DNA of 64,000 nucleotides from an uncultured Gammaproteobacteria bacterium (GTDB lineage Bacteria; Patescibacteriota; Microgenomatia; UBA10105; UBA927): NCBI GenBank assembly GCA_964629685.1, contig CAZVTT010000003.1, positions 86,038 to 150,037 of the forward strand, read 5' to 3'. Shown piece by piece: positions 58,423 to 64,000 of this stretch (position 1 is its first letter; each line of letters starts with the position of its first letter). The notes under the pieces were generated by a model. It saw only the letters and a program-made list of their open reading frames with translations, ran no database searches and was not told where the DNA came from. The position numbers and the translations under genes were made by a program.

Positions 58423-58469
58423 AAATGAATCCGACTATCATGATTTACAAACCCCGAGAAATACATGAT

Positions 58470-58515
58470 TGTGTCTTATTAATATAATAGAAACGTACAA
58501 CTAGTATCGTCAATA
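58470..58515 (-). promoter_or_regulatory. candidate sigma70-like promoter of the giant gene (-35 TTGACG, ~17-19 nt spacer, -10 TATTAT/TATATT on the minus strand)
   Basis: Reverse complement of 58470-58515 reads ttgacgatactagttgtacgtttctattatattaat; located about 180 nt upstream of the ATG at 58293; pattern match only. Confidence 0.25.
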
Positions 58516-58567
58516 TGGCAAGTTGCCTATTGACAAGAATCGCCAAACTCCTGAGACTAAAATTAGT

Positions 58568-58798
58568 ATGAAAAAGAAAACTGCTCATCGCAGAGCACAT
58601 AAGTCTGTTCCAAGTCGAACAGCCAAAGCCGTTAAACGGCAGGATGATGGCCAATACATGTTGGTCGTTCATGGCTGGATTTTCTTGGTTGCTTTTGCTC
58701 TGATGTTGGGTATGGGTGTGATTGTAGGAAACTACATCAATGCCCAATTAAACAACGGTGTACCGACAGTTGCCGGTGCCCAAATAGAAGCCAGATAA
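58568..58798 (+). CDS. small basic membrane protein (76 aa from ATG 58568; the ORF track extends it to a TTG at 58523)
   Basis: MKKKTAHRRAHKSVPSRTAKAVKRQDD followed by one TM helix (WIFLVAFALMLGMGVIVGNYI); followed by a hairpin terminator; divergent from the giant gene. Confidence 0.35.
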   Translation: MKKKTAHRRAHKSVPSRTAKAVKRQDDGQYMLVVHGWIFLVAFALMLGMGVIVGNYINAQLNNGVPTVAGAQIEAR

Positions 58799-58826
58799 GA
58801 AGCCGACAGTAGTACCGTTTCTCTTA

Positions 58827-58854
58827 AAGAAGCATGCGACTTAGGCTTCTTTTT
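58827..58854 (+). terminator. rho-independent terminator candidate (7-bp stem AAGAAGC/GCTTCTT, 11-nt loop, T-run)
   Basis: aagaagcatgcgacttaggcttctttttgg sits 29 nt after the TAA of the small ORF. Confidence 0.4.
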
Positions 58855-58901
58855 GGTGCCTCCGGACTAAGGAGAACAGGAAACGAAATATATCTGACGA
58901 G

Positions 58902-58977
58902 TGGTGGACCTATGGGGATTCGAACCCCACACCTCTTCTATGCCATAGAAGCGCTCTACCAAATGAGCTATAGGCCC
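58902..58977 (-). tRNA. tRNA-Ala (anticodon GGC)
   Basis: Reverse complement gives GGGCCTATAGCTCATTTGGTAGAGCGCTTCTATGGCATAGAAGAGGTGTGGGGTTCGAATCCCCATAGGTCCACCA, a 76-nt cloverleaf with G3:U70, U8, T-loop TTCGAAT, anticodon loop AT-GGC-AT and encoded CCA. Confidence 0.85.
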
Positions 58978-59034
58978 CTATTCCGGAACGGAGTCTACGT
59001 CTCCTTTCCAACTTTCCTCACTATCAAAGCGTTA

Positions 59035-59066
59035 CGAACGATTCTCGATCAACCTCCGTTCGTGAC
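59035..59066 (-). repeat. conserved ~32-bp palindromic element (CGAACG-N20-CGTTCG) 58 nt upstream of tRNA-Ala(GGC); copy 1
   Basis: cgaacgattctcgatcaacctccgttcgtgac. Confidence 0.5.
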
Positions 59067-59269
59067 AAATTTTATGCTTCCCATCTGCTACCACTGGTAC
59101 CCAGGTGAAAAACCAAAAAACACTGTGAACAGAAATATATTTTACCTCAGTTCGGGTTCGTTGCCAATGTGTGGACCTGACCGGAGCCCCGGCACCATTC
59201 GGTGCAGGGCTGCCATGTACCGCATGGTACGTGGTCGAACCAATCACTAGCTCATCCCGCTGTCTATTC

Positions 59270-59345
59270 TGGTGGACCTGACCGGAGTCGAACCGGTGAT
59301 CTCCGCAATGCGAATGCGGCGCTCTACCAACTAAGCTACAGGCCC
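59270..59345 (-). tRNA. tRNA-Ala (anticodon CGC)
   Basis: Reverse complement gives GGGCCTGTAGCTTAGTTGGTAGAGCGCCGCATTCGCATTGCGGAGATCACCGGTTCGACTCCGGTCAGGTCCACCA, with G3:U70, anticodon loop TT-CGC-AT and encoded CCA. Confidence 0.85.
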
Positions 59346-59396
59346 ATTCTGAGAACAACCTAACGGTTTTTCCCAACGTTTTTCTCTGTCGTGTCG

Positions 59397-59428
59397 CGAA
59401 CGATGCTCAATCGACCTCCGTTCGTGAC
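59397..59428 (-). repeat. copy 2 of the same element, 52 nt upstream of tRNA-Ala(CGC)
   Basis: cgaacgatgctcaatcgacctccgttcgtgac (27/32 identical to copy 1, same spacing to the tRNA). Confidence 0.5.
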
Positions 59429-59692
59429 GGATTTTACATGTACTATTCGGGCTGTATTAACAATCCAAAACTCCCGATCAGCGGGATATCCCACGATCCC
59501 CCTTTGTTCACCATCACTTTTAATAGTTCTGCCTGTTGGAACGTTCTTTCTTTCTTCAGGCAGCGGCAGTATTGGTATGCTATCATTCCACTCTTTCCGT
59601 TTCAACCGTACAGAGTGAGCGTATATCCACAATCTGACTATTCATCCGAGATGACTATCAAAGTATAACAATGTATATACTATTATAATATA

Positions 59693-60769
59693 CTACTTCA
59701 GATATGACAGTGGGTTTACCGTCACACCGCCGCGCCGTACTTCAAAGTGAAGATGTGTTCCCGTAGACCGCCCCGTAGATCCCATCCGTCCCACTATTTG
59801 CCCACGGGAGACTCTATCGCCTGCTTTCACATATATTTCCTGCATATGACCGTAAAGCGTACTGATACCGTTTCCATGATCAATAATTATGTGAAATCCA
59901 TATCCCGTGCGCAGATATTGCACCACCGCCACGGTGCCACCGTCTGCTGCTCCTATACCGGGAGCTGCGTTATTTGCTATATCCAATGCCATATGGTACC
60001 AAACAGGATACTGGGTAATCGTTCCCCCCACTGGCCACTGAAACTGTCCTGATCCTCCGGCCATAACCGGCGGCTTAGACATAATAATAGGAGCGGCTTC
60101 AGGCTGCACGCCATCGGGAACAATAATAGTTTGTCCGATATTCAGCGCAAATGTGTCCAAATCGGTAAAGTCGTTAAACGGAAAGTTTACTACCTTTTGC
60201 GCGTCCGTCTTGTATTTCTTGGCTATGGTATAAATTGTTTCACCTTCCCGCACTTTATGAACTATACCGCTCACCGGCGGAATCTTGAGTGTCTGACCAA
60301 TACTTAATGAATCACCCCGCAAATCATTTGACCATTTTATGGTATCTACCGAAACACCAAATTTCTGTGCAATAGTGCTTAACGTATCTCCTTGTTCCAC
60401 CGGATACTCCACAACCTGATCACGGGGTTTTTCCGAGACCTGAGTTTGCACACCATACTCACTTAAATCCAGTGAAGTAAGTACTGCAGAGGCCGGTGTA
60501 TAAGCCTGAAGCGAGTCTGGTAGCGCTCCGGGATATGATTCTGCTAATATCGGTGCACTTAGTCCTCCCACCACTAATAACATGCCCAAAGACAAATGGA
60601 GAAATGGCCGTTGATACGTTCCCCTTCTGGCCATAAGAAAGTCAACAATATACGATTTTTGCTTCTCAAACCGCAGTGCAAAGCGGATTAGCTTTTTTTC
60701 TATATAAAACAGCCATCCACGCCGCCAATTTGTGAGGTCATCCGTCAAAATGAAGTAATACCGTTTCAT
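59693..60769 (-). CDS. LysM-LysM-M23 family metallo-endopeptidase (peptidoglycan hydrolase); the start may be the internal ATG at 60634 (MARRGTYQRPF followed by a TM/signal segment)
   Basis: Two LysM-like motifs (YPVEQGDTLSTIAQKFGVSVDTI; HKVREGETIYTIAKKYK); M23 signature HMALDIA..GFHIIIDHGNGISTLYGHM..GSTGRSTGTHLHFEV. Confidence 0.8.
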   Translation of the reverse strand: MKRYYFILTDDLTNWRRGWLFYIEKKLIRFALRFEKQKSYIVDFLMARRGTYQRPFLHLSLGMLLVVGGLSAPILAESYPGALPDSLQAYTPASAVLTSLDLSEYGVQTQVSEKPRDQVVEYPVEQGDTLSTIAQKFGVSVDTIKWSNDLRGDSLSIGQTLKIPPVSGIVHKVREGETIYTIAKKYKTDAQKVVNFPFNDFTDLDTFALNIGQTIIVPDGVQPEAAPIIMSKPPVMAGGSGQFQWPVGGTITQYPVWYHMALDIANNAAPGIGAADGGTVAVVQYLRTGYGFHIIIDHGNGISTLYGHMQEIYVKAGDRVSRGQIVGRMGSTGRSTGTHLHFEVRRGGVTVNPLSYLK

Positions 60770-60943
60770 GACGCCAGAAGCATACCAGACTACAGCCTCA
60801 CTATCAAGTTCACTGCGGACTGTTTATACAATCCAAACCATGATTTTGGACTCAAAAAACATGCATTCTACGGGAAAAGAGCTAGCCTCAAAAAACATTC
60901 ATCCTCTTGACCATAAACACCCGGCACTGTACCGTCAAACTGT

Positions 60944-62506
60944 ATGGTACCCACTGTCCTCGCAATTCTAGACGGCTTCGGCTACAATCCGAATCCGACC
61001 GGAAATGCTATTATTACGGCAAGAACTCCCTATCTGGACTGGCTCTGGTCTACCTATCCGCATACACTCATCAAGGCTGCAGAAGAAGAGGTTGGCCTTA
61101 ATTTCGGACAAATTGGAAACAGTGAGGTCGGACATATGGCCATCGGTACCGGACGGGTAATCCCTTCGCCGCTTCAAAGGGTAAATACTGCCATTACGGA
61201 AGGAACGTTCTTTCAGAACACCGCCTTTTTAGGGGCAATGTATCATGCCCGCACGCATACGCAACGTGTACATATTATAGGAATGATTTCTTCAGCCGGC
61301 GTACACGGAGATTTACAACACATGCTGGCCCTTCTAAAGTTGGCAAAAAAAAACAATCTACACGACGTGTACCTTCATCTTATACTGGACGGGCGTGATA
61401 CCGGTCCCAAAGAATCACTCCTGCACCTAACGGAATTACTCAACGCCATAAAAGAGTTGGGAGTTGGCCAAATAGCTACCATCTGCGGAAGAGCCACCGC
61501 CATGGACCGAAATAAAAATTGGTCAAAAACGGAACAATACTACAACACGCTTTGCGGTTTTTCCAATACGAACGCGTTGCTGAGTGCCAAGGGAGCTATC
61601 GAACAGGGATATCAGGAAGGCTATGATGATGAAAATATTCCCCCGCGCTGCCTGGTCGCAAACGGCTCTATTCGGCCGAACGACGCCGTTATCTTTACCA
61701 ATTTTCGGGAAGACCGGGTAAGACAAATAGCTGCCGCGGTTACCGTACCCGGTTTTACGGAGTTTAAACGGAATATCTACCTTTCAGATATATTTGCCGT
61801 CACCATGACCCAATACGAAAAAAGTTTGCCGGTTCAGGTAGCATTTCCTCCGCTATCAATTCAGAACACGCTCTCTGATGTATTTGAAGCCAACGGCCTC
61901 AGACAACTCCATGTGGCAGAATCCGAAAAGTACGCACACGTTACGTACTTTTTAAATGGCGGCCGTGAACAAACACTCCCTCATGAAGAGTTTATAAATA
62001 TCCCATCAGATCGTCCTGAAACGTTTATACAGCATCCGGAAATGAAAGCGAATCAAATTACGGACTACATTATTAAAGACGTACTCATGCAAAAACACGA
62101 TGTCATCATCGTAAATTTCGCAAACTGTGACATGATTGGTCATACTGGCAATTTCTCAGCCACAGTGCTAGCGATAGAACATGTCGATCGCTGCATCGGC
62201 AAACTTGCCCAACAAGTGCTAGCAGCCAACGGGTTTCTCTTTATCACTGCGGACCACGGGAATGCAGAGCAGAAGTTAAACATTCAGACCGGCCAAGCGA
62301 CAAAAGACCATACGATAAACTCTGTCCCCTTTATATTTGCGACGAATACAATACCTCCCCATCCGGGTAAACCATGTAGAATTACATTGGGAAGTTCTCC
62401 TACCGGAATTCTGCAGGACGTAGCACCTACGATTTTACGGTACATGAAGCTACCGGTTCCGGACGAAATGACCGGAACTAACCTTTTTTCCGCACAACTA
62501 CCTTAG
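60944..62506 (+). CDS. gpmI: 2,3-bisphosphoglycerate-independent phosphoglycerate mutase
   Basis: ATG start; ILDGFGY, GNSEVGHMAIGTGRV, LILDGRDTGP and ITADHGNAE motifs characteristic of iPGM; 520 aa is the typical length. Confidence 0.9.
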   Translation: MVPTVLAILDGFGYNPNPTGNAIITARTPYLDWLWSTYPHTLIKAAEEEVGLNFGQIGNSEVGHMAIGTGRVIPSPLQRVNTAITEGTFFQNTAFLGAMYHARTHTQRVHIIGMISSAGVHGDLQHMLALLKLAKKNNLHDVYLHLILDGRDTGPKESLLHLTELLNAIKELGVGQIATICGRATAMDRNKNWSKTEQYYNTLCGFSNTNALLSAKGAIEQGYQEGYDDENIPPRCLVANGSIRPNDAVIFTNFREDRVRQIAAAVTVPGFTEFKRNIYLSDIFAVTMTQYEKSLPVQVAFPPLSIQNTLSDVFEANGLRQLHVAESEKYAHVTYFLNGGREQTLPHEEFINIPSDRPETFIQHPEMKANQITDYIIKDVLMQKHDVIIVNFANCDMIGHTGNFSATVLAIEHVDRCIGKLAQQVLAANGFLFITADHGNAEQKLNIQTGQATKDHTINSVPFIFATNTIPPHPGKPCRITLGSSPTGILQDVAPTILRYMKLPVPDEMTGTNLFSAQLP

Positions 62507-63887
62507 GAATCAATAATCCGGTAGATTTCTGTACGGACAGAATTTCACCGGAATACGCACCGGTTACCGGCAGTAACTCCCACTGATCGGAAGTAATCGC
62601 AATTTGATACTGGCCGTTTGAAGCTACAAACTGATATCTTCCATACACATCGCTTACCCGACGCTTCACTTGCCTATGAAATGTCGTTTCGAGAAGCGAC
62701 AAGGATACAAGCGGAACCGCTTTCCCCGTTTCATCCGTCACTACTCCCCATGTGGAACGGAGAAACCACTCTTTATACACTATACTACTAAGTAGAAATG
62801 CATATAACAGTATCATGGCTATATTAAACCAACGGGGTATAAATATATATGAAACAACCGACAATAGTAATCCGGAACCAAGTAATACAATTTCCAACGG
62901 TGTCTGAATCTGCCTGAGCCACAAACGAATTTTCGCTATCACGCCAATACGAATATTTTCCTTTGAATCAAGCGGAATTGAAAGAATAAACGGTGTCGAA
63001 AAATCAGTTACCGTAAACATTTCACCATGATAAATAGGTCCGTATTCCCCATCAGATTTACTCATGACAACCCGTGACGGATACACATACCCTGGTTTAA
63101 CGACACGAATAGTATATCTCCCGGCTACTGGGAGAAACGAAAATGTCCCCGCACCACCGGTAACTTCAGTTTCAACTAATCCGCCGATTTCACGATATAA
63201 CCTCACTATCGCACCTATAACCGGAGCCTTTGTTACCGCGTCATAAACGACTCCCCACTGTGTACGCTTTCTTCTCCGGAAAAATAAAAAACTTCTTAAG
63301 GCTAAAACTATTCTGCTTAAATAGTATCCAATATCTCCCAAACCAAAACCAATGGGTGCAAATACCAAGCCTGCTGCCGGAATAATCATGGCCTTAGACA
63401 CGATATTTATAATTTTGGGTACGAATGGCAACTCAACTACTACATCAATACGCTTACTTTCAACGCTTTCTGCTCCGCTGGGAAGGGATGCCACTGCGTA
63501 AGCGGCATACGTACCAGACGCTAAATCATATACTGTCGCCCGCCACAGGCCGGTAACCTTATCCGCTACCGTCCGTATATTTTTTCGTCCAACTGCGCTA
63601 GCCTGAAGATATACATCAACTGCACTTCCCGGATAGGCATACCCCATTAATGCCAAAGCGTGATAACTAGTATTTTCGTTATCATTCGCTATCGTAGGAG
63701 ATAAAAGAATATCATTATTTACTGTACCCGGGAGACTCACCCTGCTTGTTTGCCCCAAACTATCCTGACCGTATATAAATAAATTTCCCACTTCTTCTTC
63801 ATTCGTAGGAAATGAAAAAGTAAACACACCTTTACTATCCAAAGCCGCTTCTATTCTTATCTCATGTTCCCTGTTCTCAACAAACAC
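62478..63887 (-). CDS. membrane protein with three CarboxypepD_reg-like beta-sandwich domains and two or three TM helices; function unknown
   Basis: GVVYDAVTKAPVIGAIVRL..GGAGTFSF..AGRYTIRVVKPGYVY and WGVVTDETGKAVP..DVYGRYQF..NGQYQIAITSDQW match the carboxypeptidase-regulatory-like fold pattern; hydrophobic segments IIPAAGLVFAPIGFGLG and LEIVLLGSGLLLSVVSYIFI; the 3' end overlaps gpmI by 29 nt on the opposite strand; the true start is uncertain. Confidence 0.5.
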   Translation of the reverse strand: MFVENREHEIRIEAALDSKGVFTFSFPTNEEEVGNLFIYGQDSLGQTSRVSLPGTVNNDILLSPTIANDNENTSYHALALMGYAYPGSAVDVYLQASAVGRKNIRTVADKVTGLWRATVYDLASGTYAAYAVASLPSGAESVESKRIDVVVELPFVPKIINIVSKAMIIPAAGLVFAPIGFGLGDIGYYLSRIVLALRSFLFFRRRKRTQWGVVYDAVTKAPVIGAIVRLYREIGGLVETEVTGGAGTFSFLPVAGRYTIRVVKPGYVYPSRVVMSKSDGEYGPIYHGEMFTVTDFSTPFILSIPLDSKENIRIGVIAKIRLWLRQIQTPLEIVLLGSGLLLSVVSYIFIPRWFNIAMILLYAFLLSSIVYKEWFLRSTWGVVTDETGKAVPLVSLSLLETTFHRQVKRRVSDVYGRYQFVASNGQYQIAITSDQWELLPVTGAYSGEILSVQKSTGLLIPKVVVRKKG

Positions 63888-64000
63888 GGCACTCTTAGGA
63901 CTGGTTAATCCATGATTTACAAATATCTCGGTATCCCCACTGGATTTGCCTAATAAAGCACCAACACCTTCTCCCCTTGTTTGCGCGAATATTTTTTCAC

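Noticed and set aside
5810-58400. Dozens of plus-strand ORFs of 60-200 aa lying between 5728 and 58422 (for example 42481..43068, 44400..45011, 30341..30940, 27745..28209, 45995..46435)
   Set aside because: All lie antisense to the 52.7-kb open frame. They are short, have no recognisable motifs, and show the low-complexity composition typical of shadow ORFs opposite a real coding strand.
5728-58422. Giant ORF as a polyketide synthase or NRPS megasynthase
   Set aside because: No KS (DTACSSS), AT (GHSxG), ACP/PCP (LGxDS), condensation (HHxxxDG) or adenylation (A-domain core) motifs were found. The domain content is signalling and effector-like instead.
58422-58422. GTG at 58422 as the start of the giant gene
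   Set aside because: The ORF track extends to the most upstream alternative start. The in-frame ATG at 58293 is immediately followed by a textbook basic-then-hydrophobic signal-anchor and is the more likely initiation codon. The feature is nevertheless reported with the maximal ORF extent.
58834-59632. ORFs 58834..59250 (+), 59032..59376 (-), 59360..59632 (-) and 59391..59668 (+)
   Set aside because: They overlap the two tRNA-Ala genes and the conserved upstream elements; no coding signal; this region is stable-RNA and regulatory DNA.
59660-59700. AT-rich near-palindrome gtatatactattataatatactac just beyond the M23 gene stop
   Set aside because: Too AT-rich and imperfect for a confident intrinsic terminator or operator call; mentioned only as a possible 3' end element.

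Overview
This 64-kb window is dominated by one uninterrupted minus-strand ORF (5728..58422, 52,695 nt) encoding a 17,564-aa multidomain protein. The encoded protein starts with a basic/hydrophobic signal-anchor, and the likely true start is the ATG at 58293. From N- to C-terminus I can read: a Cys-rich, Pro/Thr-linker stalk containing four ~30-aa Cys mini-repeats; eighteen in-frame ~137-aa (~411-bp) Cys-containing tandem repeats (aa 1001-3487, nt 47962..55422); a ~400-aa Gly/Ala-rich amphipathic segment; a SecA-like DEAD motor ATPase; an acidic low-complexity tract; four consecutive FHA domains followed directly by a PP2C phosphatase, with a fifth FHA further on; a HEXXH metallopeptidase-like segment; a histidine-kinase core (H-box plus HATPase N/G1/G2 boxes); a Pol-beta-type nucleotidyltransferase motif; then three copies of a ~55-aa two-Cys 'YAADG' junction motif, each preceding a different C-terminal module (a motif-less ~750-aa stretch, a class-I SAM methyltransferase, and a GNAT module followed by a Ser/Thr-kinase-like module). 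The architecture resembles a surface-anchored fibre carrying a string of enzymatic or eukaryotic-like signalling cassettes, reminiscent of MARTX toxins, CdiA and other polymorphic toxins, and the giant proteins of Omnitrophota-like bacteria; this is inference only. Converging on the 3' end of the giant gene is a plus-strand operon: a hypothetical ORF, then a GT-C-like polytopic membrane glycosyltransferase with a C-terminal NPCBM-like carbohydrate-binding domain, translationally coupled to a YfhO-like large membrane protein. These could plausibly glycosylate the Pro/Thr linkers of the giant protein. Upstream of the giant gene start lie a small basic membrane-protein ORF with a rho-independent terminator, two minus-strand tRNA-Ala genes (GGC and CGC anticodons) each preceded by a conserved ~32-bp palindromic element, a LysM-LysM-M23 peptidase, gpmI (cofactor-independent phosphoglycerate mutase), and a membrane protein with CarboxypepD_reg-like beta-sandwich domains. 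All other plus-strand ORFs between 5728 and 58422 are antisense shadows of the giant ORF. No CRISPR array, integrase or transposase was seen.
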